IMG/VR virus record: IMGVR_UViG_3300020069_000003
Span: 13,481-77,480 of that record
Strand: one strand, 5' to 3'
Origin: a virus
Taxonomy: Duplodnaviria > Caudoviricetes
Length of the DNA: 64,000 nt
Positions within the stretch are counted from its first letter, which is position 1. Every line of letters begins with the position of its first letter. The position numbers and the translations under genes were made by a program. Below the pieces are notes generated by a model. The model saw nothing but the letters and a program-made list of their open reading frames with translations. It searched no databases and had not been told where the DNA came from. Of this stretch, positions 9,061 to 19,681 are shown piece by piece.

Positions 9061-9501
9061 GTGGCCACCACCGTCAAAAAGACCGCCACCTCCCCGTCCA
9101 GCCGTGCCCGTACGGTCAAGGCGCCGACCGACCGCCCCCGGGCGCGTAAGAAGGCGGCTGCGGTCGAGGACATCCCGATGCCCGAGATCGACGTCCTCGA
9201 CCTCGACGCGGAGGACCTGGAGGAGGGGGAGCCGGATTTTGTAGAGATCTTCCGCCTGGGCGGGAAGTCCTACTACATCGACCGGAACATCGGGGCCGGG
9301 GCGGCGCTGCGGATGCTGAAGACCATCAACACCAGCGGCGAGAACGCGGCAGTGGGGGCGATGCTGATGGAGCTGCTGGGCGAGGAGGCGTTCGACGCCC
9401 TGGCCAACCACCGGGGCATCAAGCCGCAGCACCTGGCGCAGGTGCTGCTGTCCTGTCAGAAGGCCATCCTGGGGGACGACAAGATGGGCCCAAAAGCCTG
9501 A
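9061..9501 (+). CDS. Tail assembly chaperone (gpG-like)
   Basis: Position; ends in slippery C CCA AAA. Confidence 0.75.
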   Translation: MATTVKKTATSPSSRARTVKAPTDRPRARKKAAAVEDIPMPEIDVLDLDAEDLEEGEPDFVEIFRLGGKSYYIDRNIGAGAALRMLKTINTSGENAAVGAMLMELLGEEAFDALANHRGIKPQHLAQVLLSCQKAILGDDKMGPKA

Positions 9502-9899
9502 TCCTGCCCCGGCTGAAGTCCATGCTGTGGGTGCTGGAGATGGAGGGAGACGTAGAGTCCGACCTGTCGGTGTTCCACCGGGTAGACGACATGTACCGCA
9601 TGGGATCTCGTCGGTGGGCGGTACTGGTGCCCCGGCTGTCCGCCTACGGCGGGGCGGTCCAGTACAGACTGCGTACCTGGGACCAGCAGGAGACGGAGCA
9701 GCAGGCGCCAGCTTCAACCCCGGCACCAGCGGTTCAACCCGGGCGTACCCCGGCGGGGGGTGGTGTAGAAGTGCAGATAGCGGCAGACGGTACCCCGATG
9801 CTACCGGGCCCACCGTCGCCGTGGGACGGCAAGGAGGTCGAGGCGACACCGGCAGCTCTGCGGTTCTCGGATATCGGTGACATGTTCAGCTTCGGATGA
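9489..9899 (+). CDS. Frameshifted tail chaperone extension (gpT-like, -1 frame)
   Basis: The -1 frame is open from the heptamer through ESDLSVFHRVDD...PRLSAYGGAV. Confidence 0.7.
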   Translation, partial: PKSLILPRLKSMLWVLEMEGDVESDLSVFHRVDDMYRMGSRRWAVLVPRLSAYGGAVQYRLRTWDQQETEQQAPASTPAPAVQPGRTPAGGGVEVQIAADGTPMLPGPPSPWDGKEVEATPAALRFSDIGDMFSFG

Positions 9900-9916
9900 T
9901 CGGTTAGGAGACGTCG

Positions 9917-12900
9917 GTGTCGGACGACGGCATGGGTTTCGAGATAGCTCGTGCCTACATCCAGATCGCCGCCAAGGATCAGGGTCTGCGGGACCAGGTC
10001 AACGCCATGCTGGAGCAGGCGGTGGCGGGCCAGGTCATGCAGATCCAGATGGCCGCCAAAGACGACAACCTGCGCTCACAGGTGTCGTCCAAGGTAAAGG
10101 AAGCTGAAGCCGGGGAGCAGCTGGAGATCCCGCTGGTCTTCGAGAGCGAGGCGGCGACTGAGAAAGTCAAGGCCGAGATCGACGAGATCAAGGTCGAGTC
10201 TCACGTCGATCTGAACCTCGAGACCGGGGACGCCGAGGCCAAGCTGGCGGGAATCGCGGCCGAGGAAGAGGAGGTCAAGCGCAAGTCTGACGACCTCGGG
10301 AACAACGAAGGCATCGAACGCCTGCGTGCTTCGATAGACGGCCTGGCCGGGGACATCATCGGACTGAACCAGTCCACCGACGACGTCCGCAACGCCATGT
10401 CCAACATGAAGCGGTCGGTGGACGACGTCCAGTCGTCTTTCGGGTCCTCCAGGCGCGAGGCCCAAGATCTCGAGGTAGACATCGAGGTGGTGGCCGACAG
10501 GGCCGATCGCCTTGGGGAGTCTGCCTCAGGAGCCGCCTCCTCCGGCGGCGGCATGTCCTCCATGATGCTCGGCATGGCAGGTGCCGCGCTGGCGCTGGCC
10601 CCAGCGCTGGCCGCCATACCCGCCGCCATCGGCGGTTTCGCCCTGGGTCTGGGTACCGCCATGGGAGCGCTGAAGGGCGTGATGGCGGCGGTCTCGGCGG
10701 CGGGCCAAGAGGTGGGGTCGGCGGGGGCTGCGGGCAATCAGGCCGCGCAGACCGCCTTCTCGAACGCGATACAGATCCGGAACGCCGAGCAGGCGATCTC
10801 CGACGCCAAGCGCCAGTCTGCGATCGCGGCCCAGAACTCGGCCGACTCGATCACCTCCGCCGAGCAGCACATCGCCGACTCGATGTACTCGGTACAGCAG
10901 GCCGAACAGTCGCTGCAGAACGCTGAGCAGTCGGAGACGCTGGCCCAGCAGGCACTGACTCAGGCGCGGCAGGACGCGGCCAACGCGCTGATCGACTCCC
11001 AGAACGCAGCAGCCGACGCCCACCTGTCGGTGGAGGCGGCCCAGCTGGCAGTGGCGGACGCGCAGCAGAACCTGACTGCCGTCAACGACAACAGCCTGTC
11101 GACCGACTTGCAGAAGCAGCACGCGGCGCTGCAGCTGGCCCAGGCGCAGCAGCAGCTGATCGATGCCAAGCAGCGCGATGTCGAGGCCACGCAGAAGTCC
11201 AACCAGGCTACCCAGAACGGGGTGGACCAGGCACCGAACGTACTGTCGGCGCAGCGGGCTCTGCAGTCGGCCATCCAAGGTGTCGCGTCGGCCCAGCACG
11301 GCGTCACCCAGGCCAACCAGCAGGCGGCCGACGCACAGCATGCTCTGGCTGTCGCACAGCGCAACGCGGCCAACCAGCAGATCTCTTCGGCCGAGGCTGT
11401 ACAGAAGGCGGAGCAGAACCTCACCGACACCATCAAGCAGCAGCAGCTGGCCGCTGCCGCCGCAGCTGCGTCCGGGGCGGGCGGTGCGTCCGCCTACCAG
11501 CAGGCGATGCAGAAGCTCACGCCGGTCGGACGCGAGATCGTCGGTATCATCCTGCAGATGAAGCAGCAGCTGGACGGGGTGGCGCAGAACGCCTTTCTGC
11601 CTGGTTTTCTGAAGTTCCTGCAGGACATCCAGCCGCTGATGCCTGAGGTGAAGACCGCGATCACCGAAGCAGGCCAGGCGTTCGGCGGTTTCTTCGCCCA
11701 ATTGGGCAGCCTGTTCCAGAATAAGCAGTTCGTCCAGGATTTCTTCGAGGTCCTGCACCAGGGTGTCGGGTTCATGTCCACCGTCGGCGGCGGATTCCTG
11801 GACATGTTCGACAAGATCGTGACCGCCGCCTCACAGGCGGCTCCGATCGTCCAGGCTCTGGGGTCGGGACTGTCGGAGGTCCTATCCGGCATCGGGGACC
11901 TGTTCCAAGGTCTGGTCGAGGGTGGGTCGGGCGCAGGCGACACCATCCACATGATCCTGACTCTGATCTCGGACCTGATGGGTCCGGTCGGTAAGCTGGT
12001 GGGGGCGATATCGTCAGCGCTGGGTCCGGCACTGACTACGCTGATGCCTCCGCTGTCGCGTCTGATCAACGCTCTGGTTCAGATGCTGATGCCGGTAATC
12101 CAGGCTCTGTCGCCGTTCTTGAACCTGGTCGCCCAGATGCTGGGCGACATACTGGACGCGATCGACCCGATCCTGCCGCAGATCGGACAGCTGGCGGCTC
12201 TGTTGGTCAACCTGGCCACCCAGGTCCTGACTCCGCTGATGCCGCTGTTCCAGCAGCTGGTCAACATCATCGTAGCGTCTTTGTCCGGCAATATGTCGAA
12301 CCTGACCAAGCTGGTGCAGGAGCTGACCAGCGCGATGGTTCAGATCATGCCCGCGCTGATACCGCTGATCCAGGACTTCCTGAATCTGTTCCAGGCTGTG
12401 CTTCCGCTGATCTCGCTGTTCCAGCAATTCGAGACAGCGGTGGTGTCCAAGGTCATACCGCCGATTGCTTCGATCATCACGTGGCTGCTTCAGCTGGTGG
12501 ACAAGATCTTGGGCCCGGTCACCCAGGGGTGGACCATCCTGGTCCAGGAGATGACCGGGTGGATGTCTCACATCGCCAGCGACGTGCAGAGCTGGCTGGG
12601 ACACGTGGGGCAGTACTGGGACAACATGGTCTCGTTCGTGTCCGGGCTGCCGGGTCGTATCGCCAGGGCGGCCTCGGGCATGTGGGACGGGATCTGGAGA
12701 GAGTTCAAGCAGGTGTACAACAGCATCGCCAACGCGTGGAACAACCTGTCGTTCACGATCCCCGGCATCGACACCCACATCCCCGGTATCGGAACCATCG
12801 GCGGTATCACCGTCGGCATCCCGTCGTGGGCGGACATCCCCACCCTGGCGCAGGGCGCAAACATCACCCAAGGCGGTGTAGTCACCGTGGGCGACGCCGG

Positions 12901-13141
12901 TCCCGAGCGGCTGTATGTACCGGCCGGGGCCAAGGTCGAGCCACTGGGATACGGGTTCACGCAGGCACAGAGTCCGCAGCCGACGGGAGGGGGTGGTGTA
13001 GTGGTGCAGAACCTGATCGTCAACATCACCAACAAGATGATGGCCGATTTCAGCAGACCGAACTCGCTCGACGCTAACGCGAAACTGTATGCTAAGCAGA
13101 TTCGGGACGCGCTGATCACGGTACAGAGGGACAACCCATGA
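9917..13141 (+). CDS. Tape measure protein
   Basis: 1074 aa, Ala/Gln-rich helical repeats; IARAYIQI N-terminus; IPTLAQGA...VGDAGPE C-terminus. Confidence 0.95.
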   Translation: MSDDGMGFEIARAYIQIAAKDQGLRDQVNAMLEQAVAGQVMQIQMAAKDDNLRSQVSSKVKEAEAGEQLEIPLVFESEAATEKVKAEIDEIKVESHVDLNLETGDAEAKLAGIAAEEEEVKRKSDDLGNNEGIERLRASIDGLAGDIIGLNQSTDDVRNAMSNMKRSVDDVQSSFGSSRREAQDLEVDIEVVADRADRLGESASGAASSGGGMSSMMLGMAGAALALAPALAAIPAAIGGFALGLGTAMGALKGVMAAVSAAGQEVGSAGAAGNQAAQTAFSNAIQIRNAEQAISDAKRQSAIAAQNSADSITSAEQHIADSMYSVQQAEQSLQNAEQSETLAQQALTQARQDAANALIDSQNAAADAHLSVEAAQLAVADAQQNLTAVNDNSLSTDLQKQHAALQLAQAQQQLIDAKQRDVEATQKSNQATQNGVDQAPNVLSAQRALQSAIQGVASAQHGVTQANQQAADAQHALAVAQRNAANQQISSAEAVQKAEQNLTDTIKQQQLAAAAAAASGAGGASAYQQAMQKLTPVGREIVGIILQMKQQLDGVAQNAFLPGFLKFLQDIQPLMPEVKTAITEAGQAFGGFFAQLGSLFQNKQFVQDFFEVLHQGVGFMSTVGGGFLDMFDKIVTAASQAAPIVQALGSGLSEVLSGIGDLFQGLVEGGSGAGDTIHMILTLISDLMGPVGKLVGAISSALGPALTTLMPPLSRLINALVQMLMPVIQALSPFLNLVAQMLGDILDAIDPILPQIGQLAALLVNLATQVLTPLMPLFQQLVNIIVASLSGNMSNLTKLVQELTSAMVQIMPALIPLIQDFLNLFQAVLPLISLFQQFETAVVSKVIPPIASIITWLLQLVDKILGPVTQGWTILVQEMTGWMSHIASDVQSWLGHVGQYWDNMVSFVSGLPGRIARAASGMWDGIWREFKQVYNSIANAWNNLSFTIPGIDTHIPGIGTIGGITVGIPSWADIPTLAQGANITQGGVVTVGDAGPERLYVPAGAKVEPLGYGFTQAQSPQPTGGGGVVVQNLIVNITNKMMADFSRPNSLDANAKLYAKQIRDALITVQRDNP

Positions 13142-14394
13142 CGCAGTTCGGTGTAATCAACCTGGGGCGATTTCCGCTGGTGGAGTTCCCCACCCAGGCT
13201 GCCACCGACGCCAGCGCCGCGCCATCCTCCACCACCCCCACCGGCCGCACACTGAAGATTCAGGGGCAGGAGTCGGTCCCCTCAGCGACTGAGATCGCTA
13301 CCACGTCCGCGATGCTGGAGGCCTGGCGAGCGGACATGGGGGGTCTGGTCGGCAGCTTCGTACCGGTTACGTTCACCGACAAAACGGGCCTGAACGGGTA
13401 CTACACCGTGACCGACTCGACGGCGGATCTGCAGAACTGGGAGGGGGAGCAGCAGACCCTGACCTGGGCGATCGATCTGATGCGGGTGGGCACTGACTTC
13501 GAGGTCGATGTCGAGTCTCGGCTGACCGGTACCACCCGCAACAACTCGTTCGGCCTGTCCGGCGTACGGTGGCATTCCCCGAGCATCGGACACTACTCCT
13601 ACTTCAGCGCCCAAGGGAACACCCCGAGCGTGGTAAACCGGGTCGGGTCCGACGGTACCCACGTGGTTTATGTCGGGCTGCCCGCGTCCCTCACCACCAT
13701 CCCCCGCTGGGGATGCTCGGTGTCCAACTACATGAACGGCCGAGTGAACTTCGTAGACCAGAACGGTGTCGAGCGGTCCGGTATCCTGTTCACCCCGTCC
13801 AACCCGACGAGCTGGACGTTGGCCAACGGCCTGCTGAAGGTCACTCCGGTACCGTCCGGCGCAGGTGTTCTGCGCCTACAGACCTACAACAACCCGGCGG
13901 GGTACGCTGCTGTCAAGACGTGGGACCTGCTGTTCAACGGGGCTAGTCTGGGGCAGCCCCAGGGCGTGTCGCTGCTGCGGAACGAACCCGAGATCATCGT
14001 GCTGCGCATGGTGTTCACCTACCAGTCGGTGACCCGGGTCACCTGCGACTTGACCCTGAGGCGCGGTGCCCGGCACGTCGAGGTGTTTCTGCAGTCGCAG
14101 TCGTCCGGTCAGTTCAAGATCGTGCGCACGACGCCGGAGGTGGGATCGTCAGCCACCGGGTACATCTTCGCCACCTCGGCGGACGCAGCAGGGGACAAGT
14201 ATGTGGTAGGGTCGGCCCTGTCCTTCACTTCGGACCTGGTGAACGGGGGTATCTCCTCGTCCGCGTCTGTCGTGTACATGGACGCGATGGTGGGGGCCCA
14301 GGTGTCCACCTCGGCCGCTGGTGACCTGGCGGCCGATTTGTACAATCAGTACCTGGCCACCCCGTCCGAACTGGTGCAGGGGGTACGCCGATGA
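13138..14394 (+). CDS. Minor tail protein (distal-tail-like)
   Basis: Follows the tape measure gene with ATGA overlap; beta-rich. Confidence 0.7.
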   Translation: MTQFGVINLGRFPLVEFPTQAATDASAAPSSTTPTGRTLKIQGQESVPSATEIATTSAMLEAWRADMGGLVGSFVPVTFTDKTGLNGYYTVTDSTADLQNWEGEQQTLTWAIDLMRVGTDFEVDVESRLTGTTRNNSFGLSGVRWHSPSIGHYSYFSAQGNTPSVVNRVGSDGTHVVYVGLPASLTTIPRWGCSVSNYMNGRVNFVDQNGVERSGILFTPSNPTSWTLANGLLKVTPVPSGAGVLRLQTYNNPAGYAAVKTWDLLFNGASLGQPQGVSLLRNEPEIIVLRMVFTYQSVTRVTCDLTLRRGARHVEVFLQSQSSGQFKIVRTTPEVGSSATGYIFATSADAAGDKYVVGSALSFTSDLVNGGISSSASVVYMDAMVGAQVSTSAAGDLAADLYNQYLATPSELVQGVRR

Positions 14395-14409
14395 GGGGGG
14401 TGGTGTAGG

Positions 14410-17301
14410 GTGTCAGTTACTGAGGCGATCATGTCGCCGGGGTCTTGGTCGATCACGCTGTCGGCCAACACTCCGCGCTCGATCATCGACGCACTGCAAT
14501 ATTTTCAGTGCGTGGTGATCTCCACCGGGCGCCACAACCCGACGATCGAGGGCAACGGCCAGTTCAATTCGGGCCGGTACGCAGGGGTGATCACCGGTCT
14601 GGATTTCCAGTCGCTGTCTCAGGGACGCGGGCCCGTAATCTCGGGCGACGGGATGGCCACCTGGCTGGGTAACGCCTCCAAGGTCGGACCGGTGATCGAG
14701 GGCAACAACACCCCCGGCGGGTCCGGCAACGGGTCACAGTTCACCAGTGCGTCCTACGCCACAGTGGTCAACACGCTGCGGCCTTCGTCCGTCGGTGCAG
14801 GCACGATCTATTCGATGCCGACTTCGGCCACGTATACCGGCGGGTTCGTATGGAAGCTGCCGTCTGAAGCACTGACCTCGTTTGCCCAGCAGGTGACCCA
14901 GGGTCCGCTCCCTACCCAGATCGCTGAGTGGCGGGTCAACAACAACTGCACGCTGGACTTCGGCCCGGTAGCTTCTCTGTACCGCACCACCCCCACCGTC
15001 GCGATCGTGTCCAAGAACACCGGTCTCGATATGTCCGTGCGCGGTTTGTCCGGCGTGGCCGAGCTGATCGAGGATGTAAAGGACTACACCACGCGGGTGG
15101 TGGTGCTGGCGTCGGGCCAGGGTACCTCGACCGCGCTGGGCGCGGCCAACATTTCCGACGTCGGAGGGTCAAACCCTTACACCGACTTCTTCGGACATCC
15201 CGTGACTCTTACACGGATGGTGTCGGCGTCGTCGGTGTCCTCTCTCAACGCCACCCAGTCGGCGCAGGCTGCTCTGCTGCCCTACACCACCCCCGCCGAC
15301 CAGGTACGCCTGTCCAGCGACGAGTACGACATCAAGGGCGACCTGCAAGTAGGGGACTACGTCTGGCTGTACGACCCTGACGCCGGTTTTGTCGACACCA
15401 ACAACGAGATCGTGTTCCGGGGCCAGCGGATCAACCCGACCAAGCAGCGGGTGATTCAGGCGGACTGGCCGGTCACGTCAGACATGACTGTGTCGTACCG
15501 GGACCAGTCGGGCAACTGGTACGACCTTACCGACTACGTGATGTTCGAGGACGGGAACACCACCAACCTGACGGTAGGCGGGTTCAACAGGAACCTGATA
15601 TCGACTTCGGAGCCAGTCGGTACCCGGCCCCAGCCGGACAACACCACCCCCGGCGTTCCGGTGTTCGGTGCGTTCTCCTCCACCACGTACCAGGGCACGT
15701 CAGACGGGCGCACCAAATCTCAGATACAGGTGCAGTGGTCCACCCCGACCAACACCGACGGCACCACCCTGATCGACCTGGCCCACTATGAGGTCAGGTA
15801 CCGGCCGGATCTGGGTTTCTACACCACCAACCCCACTTACTCTGCCCTGAATCTGGCCGGATACACCTACGCCACTCTGAACGCGATAGGTGGGACCTAC
15901 GCCAACCTGATACCGACCACGGTGTCCGACTGGAAGGTGACGTTTGTTGCTGGCGGTGTGAACCAGCTGCTGATCCAGGAGCTTACTCCGAACGTCCTGT
16001 ACGACTTCCAGATCCGGGCGGTGGACACAGCCAACCCCCCGAACTACGGCGCCTGGTCGGCTACGTCCACCTACCAGGCACAGTCGGACACGATCGCACC
16101 TCCGACCCCGGATACGCCCACAGTCGCCACCAACATGGCGTCAGTACAGGTCACCTGGGACTGCGGCTCGGCCAGCGGCGGTACCTTCAACCAGGCGGTC
16201 GACCTGCACCACATCGAGGTACACGGATCATACGACCCGCTGTTCCTGCCGACGAACGCGACGAAGCTGGGCAACCTGCCCGCCAACATCGGCAACATCA
16301 CCGGCCAGATACCGGTGGTCGGGTCGTTCACGATCCCGCCGAACCTGCCACCGGCGAATGCGATGTACGTCAAGATCATCGCGGTGGACGAGGCGGGAAA
16401 CAAATCCAACCCCAGCGCCTCGGCCGGGTCGACCGCCACGCTGTGGTCGAACGCCTACATCACCGACCTGTCGGTGTCGAAGCTGACGGCGGGCACCGTC
16501 ACCGCCTCGATCATCATGGGCGGTGTGATCGAGACCGCCGCCGCTGGTCAGCGGGTGGCGATGGATTCGACCGGAGTCCACGCCTACGACTCGTTCGGAA
16601 ACATCACCTTCGACCTGAACAGCAACTCGTCGGTGCTGACCCTGTCGTCGTCCTCCGGCGGCGAGAAGATCACGATCGACGCCTCAGCCATATACCCCAT
16701 CATGAGGTTCTACGACACGGCCGGGTCGAACAACGCGTTCATCAACGCGTTCAATCTGGACAGCAACACAGCCGGTATCGGTGTCAACTCCGGTACGTAC
16801 GTGGTCGGTGGGTCCACCTACTTCAACCGCCTGATCATGGCGGGTCCGACCGGCGCTGCTCTGCAGGTGTTGGACACCACCCAGACTGCTCTGGGCGGAT
16901 TCGTCCAAGTCACCAGCAACTACGCCGCGCTGGGCATCTCCGGGGGTTCCGGGTCCAACAACGGGTCGTTGACCCTGACGTACGTAACCGGAAACACCGA
17001 TACCAACTGGATCTTGAACGGATACCACAACGACAACAGCCTGACGGCTCCGGGCGCTACAGAGGCGGTCGTCGCAGGCCAGATCCGCAACATATTGGCC
17101 GGTACCACCTCGTTGACTTGGACGTACGGGCCCACCATGGTCAGCCACATGACCCCAACAGGCAACATATTCTGCTCCACCACCTCCGCTACTCCCGCGT
17201 CCATGTTCACCAACGTGGCCACCACCGGTTTCACGTTCCAGGCAGCCGGTGCGCTGGGCGGCGGCTGGGACATATGCTTCTGGGCCCACAGGAACAGGTA
17301 A
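14410..17301 (+). CDS. Large minor tail protein with fibronectin-III-like domains
   Basis: YEVRYR, ELTPNVLYDFQIRAVD and YVKIIAVDEAGNKS FN3-type motifs; Ser/Thr-rich. Confidence 0.8.
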   Translation: MSVTEAIMSPGSWSITLSANTPRSIIDALQYFQCVVISTGRHNPTIEGNGQFNSGRYAGVITGLDFQSLSQGRGPVISGDGMATWLGNASKVGPVIEGNNTPGGSGNGSQFTSASYATVVNTLRPSSVGAGTIYSMPTSATYTGGFVWKLPSEALTSFAQQVTQGPLPTQIAEWRVNNNCTLDFGPVASLYRTTPTVAIVSKNTGLDMSVRGLSGVAELIEDVKDYTTRVVVLASGQGTSTALGAANISDVGGSNPYTDFFGHPVTLTRMVSASSVSSLNATQSAQAALLPYTTPADQVRLSSDEYDIKGDLQVGDYVWLYDPDAGFVDTNNEIVFRGQRINPTKQRVIQADWPVTSDMTVSYRDQSGNWYDLTDYVMFEDGNTTNLTVGGFNRNLISTSEPVGTRPQPDNTTPGVPVFGAFSSTTYQGTSDGRTKSQIQVQWSTPTNTDGTTLIDLAHYEVRYRPDLGFYTTNPTYSALNLAGYTYATLNAIGGTYANLIPTTVSDWKVTFVAGGVNQLLIQELTPNVLYDFQIRAVDTANPPNYGAWSATSTYQAQSDTIAPPTPDTPTVATNMASVQVTWDCGSASGGTFNQAVDLHHIEVHGSYDPLFLPTNATKLGNLPANIGNITGQIPVVGSFTIPPNLPPANAMYVKIIAVDEAGNKSNPSASAGSTATLWSNAYITDLSVSKLTAGTVTASIIMGGVIETAAAGQRVAMDSTGVHAYDSFGNITFDLNSNSSVLTLSSSSGGEKITIDASAIYPIMRFYDTAGSNNAFINAFNLDSNTAGIGVNSGTYVVGGSTYFNRLIMAGPTGAALQVLDTTQTALGGFVQVTSNYAALGISGGSGSNNGSLTLTYVTGNTDTNWILNGYHNDNSLTAPGATEAVVAGQIRNILAGTTSLTWTYGPTMVSHMTPTGNIFCSTTSATPASMFTNVATTGFTFQAAGALGGGWDICFWAHRNR

Positions 17302-17305
17302 CTCA

Positions 17306-17755
17306 ATGGACAAGATCACGCACACGATCACGGGGGTACGGGACGTCCGTGCCCCCGGATCTCCCGAACCGGTGTGGATGATCGACATGGCGTCGGACGA
17401 CGGTACCGCACGAGCGGCCGGGTTCCCGCACAGCACGCTGGCCTGGCGGGCAGCTGAGTACGGTATCGACCCATCAGATTTCGACACGCTGCTGGACGTG
17501 GTGCTCCACGAGCCGCATATGCAGCACACGGTGCACGATCCCACCTTCCTGTACAATACCGACCAGGACACCGCACGCGCGGCCCACCTGGAGCGAGTGA
17601 AGCAAGTGCGGCGGGGGGTGGTGCATCTGGACCCGGACGGGCACCTGAACCGGATTCAGGAGGCGTACGACCCCCAAGACCCGGCCGTCCATACGTTCCG
17701 GCGCCGGGTGGAGTCCATCCGACAGACCATGGCCGAGGAGGCTAGCGGTGGCTGA
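17306..17755 (+). CDS. Hypothetical tail-region protein
   Basis: WRAAEYGIDP...LDVVLHEP; ATG 17306. Confidence 0.6.
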   Translation: MDKITHTITGVRDVRAPGSPEPVWMIDMASDDGTARAAGFPHSTLAWRAAEYGIDPSDFDTLLDVVLHEPHMQHTVHDPTFLYNTDQDTARAAHLERVKQVRRGVVHLDPDGHLNRIQEAYDPQDPAVHTFRRRVESIRQTMAEEASGG

Positions 17756-18758
17756 CACAAACACACCAAACATCCTGCTGCTGCTGCCGGACACGGGCGA
17801 TACATTCAACTTCCCACTGCATGTTGAGAACAACTTCAGCGTGATCGACGGCCTGATGGGCGCTGTCGACTGCACGTCCACCACCCGCCCCAGCAACACC
17901 TACAAGGGCCAGGTCATCTTCGAGCACGACTCGGGCCGGTACGTGCAGAACACCGGTTCGAAGGCGTCCCCGGTGTGGACCTACATGTCCCACGCGGCGG
18001 AGTCGGTGACCAACAGCACCCACCCTACCTCCGGACTGACCTCCGGCCTGATGATCTACGAGACCGACACCAAGTATCTGCAGGTGTGGAACGGGTCGGC
18101 GTGGGAGCAGAAGGCCTTCTCCAACCTGACCTGCACCTCGTCCGCCCACCCGTCGGTTCCGTTCACCGGTCTGGAGATCTACGAGACCGACACCGGGATG
18201 TCGGCGGTGTACAACGGGAGCACCTACTCCTACAGCTCCCAGCAGGCGGCGGCCACCCAGGTGCTCGGCGGCACCACCGCATCGATCACCTTCTCCAGCG
18301 TCTCGTCCAAGTACACCAACGTCACGGTCTATTGGTCGGCTCGAGACACCAACGCGGCGCTGTCGGACAGCCTGCTTCTGCGTTTCAACGGAGACACCGG
18401 AAACAACTACGGCTATCAGTACGTAGAGGGTCAGGGCACCACCGCGCAGGCTGCATCCGGGGCGATGTCCGCTACCAGCTCCATCACGATCGGTAAGATC
18501 ACCGGTGCCTCCGCTACCGCCTCCTACTACAGCGGTGGCCGGTTCGACGTACTCGGGTGGAACAAGTCCGCTTCCGGGCGAAACGCGGTGGCGGTGGGTG
18601 TAGGATACGTGACGGGGTCCAACACCACCACCGGCCAGCTTACCGGGTCGTACGGTGGCGGCTACGTTCCGGCGGCCCAGCTGTCCAGCCTGACGCTGCT
18701 GCCCAGCGCCGGGTCGTTCGCGGCGGGGTCCCAGTTCTCCCTGTACGCCGAGATGTGA
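17748..18758 (+). CDS. Tail fibre / receptor-binding-like protein
   Basis: Repeated G..IYETDT...V.NG..W units; ITFSSV and LLRFNGDTGNNY motifs. Confidence 0.7.
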   Translation: MADTNTPNILLLLPDTGDTFNFPLHVENNFSVIDGLMGAVDCTSTTRPSNTYKGQVIFEHDSGRYVQNTGSKASPVWTYMSHAAESVTNSTHPTSGLTSGLMIYETDTKYLQVWNGSAWEQKAFSNLTCTSSAHPSVPFTGLEIYETDTGMSAVYNGSTYSYSSQQAAATQVLGGTTASITFSSVSSKYTNVTVYWSARDTNAALSDSLLLRFNGDTGNNYGYQYVEGQGTTAQAASGAMSATSSITIGKITGASATASYYSGGRFDVLGWNKSASGRNAVAVGVGYVTGSNTTTGQLTGSYGGGYVPAAQLSSLTLLPSAGSFAAGSQFSLYAEM

Positions 18759-18766
18759 GGTAGCGC

Positions 18767-19000
18767 ATGGTACGCAACGAAGACGACCGTCCGGTACACC
18801 TGGACGTCAACCTGGACACCGGGGCGGTCACCCACACCCCGGTCACAGACGCCGAATGGCTCGAGATCGAGGCCCGGGGTGCTGCAGCGGTGGCGGAGGA
18901 GATGGCGCGCCATCGGCAGGACGAGCAGCTGCGACAGGCCGTGGCCGACCACCCGGACCCGGTCGTGCAGGCGCTGGCCAAGAGGGCGGGGGTGGTGTAG
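18767..19000 (+). CDS. Hypothetical protein (possible fibre chaperone)
   Basis: GAGG RBS, 77 aa. Confidence 0.55.
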   Translation: MVRNEDDRPVHLDVNLDTGAVTHTPVTDAEWLEIEARGAAAVAEEMARHRQDEQLRQAVADHPDPVVQALAKRAGVV

Positions 19001-19185
19001 TGGCCGACTCCGACAACACCGAGCAGATCCCGAATCACCTGGTGATCGCGGAGCTGGAGCGGCAGCTGCACACGAAAACCTCGGAGCTGGTGCTGGCGAA
19101 CGCCCGCGTCCGGGCCCGGGACGAGAAGATCGCCGCTCTGCAGGAGTCGGTGCGCGACCTGGAGGAGAAGCTAACCCAGGTCTGA
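19000..19185 (+). CDS. Small coiled-coil protein
   Basis: GTG overlapping TAG; VIAELERQLHTKTSELVLANARV. Confidence 0.6.
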   Translation: MADSDNTEQIPNHLVIAELERQLHTKTSELVLANARVRARDEKIAALQESVRDLEEKLTQV

Positions 19186-19190
19186 TGCAC

Positions 19191-19248
19191 ACACCACCCC
19201 CGCCGGGGATCACTCGGCTGCCCAGAGCCGACCGGCGGGGGTGGTGTA
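19191..19248. terminator. Bidirectional hairpin between convergent genes
   Basis: ACACCACCCCCGCCGG / CCGGCGGGGGTGGTGT inverted repeat. Confidence 0.65.
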
Positions 19249-19261
19249 CGGGGGTTCGGGG

Positions 19262-19615
19262 TCAGAGTCCGAGCTTGGCGACCACCTCCTCGGGGGTGGT
19301 GCTGGCGTTGCTGTGGTCACAGACGAACAGCCCGTCCCACGACCGGCGGTTCCAGGTGCCGTCCGGGAACACCTTGTACTCGGTGCCGTCCGGGCACACC
19401 ACCCGGTGGTACTCGCTGCCGGGCACCGGCGGGTGGTTCTCGGCGACCTTTCGCAGCACCTCGTTGTCGGGGCCACCGTTTCCCACCCCCAAGAAAGACA
19501 CCTCGGAGACGAACGACCCGTCCCAGCAGCGTCGCACCCACGAACCGTCGGCGTACACCTCGTACTGGGTGCCGTCGGGGGCGACGATCTCGCGGGTGAT
19601 GGTGTTCTCGGACAT
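19262..19615 (-). CDS. Hypothetical protein with an internal duplication
   Basis: Two PDGT.Y.V..DG.W.RR.WDG.FV units; AGGAGG RBS. Confidence 0.75.
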   Translation of the reverse strand: MSENTITREIVAPDGTQYEVYADGSWVRRCWDGSFVSEVSFLGVGNGGPDNEVLRKVAENHPPVPGSEYHRVVCPDGTEYKVFPDGTWNRRSWDGLFVCDHSNASTTPEEVVAKLGL

Positions 19616-19681
19616 CTTGTCCTCCTGTCACGGCGGGCTGTACAGGGGACAGCCTAGCACGACCGTGACAGGAGGACAATA

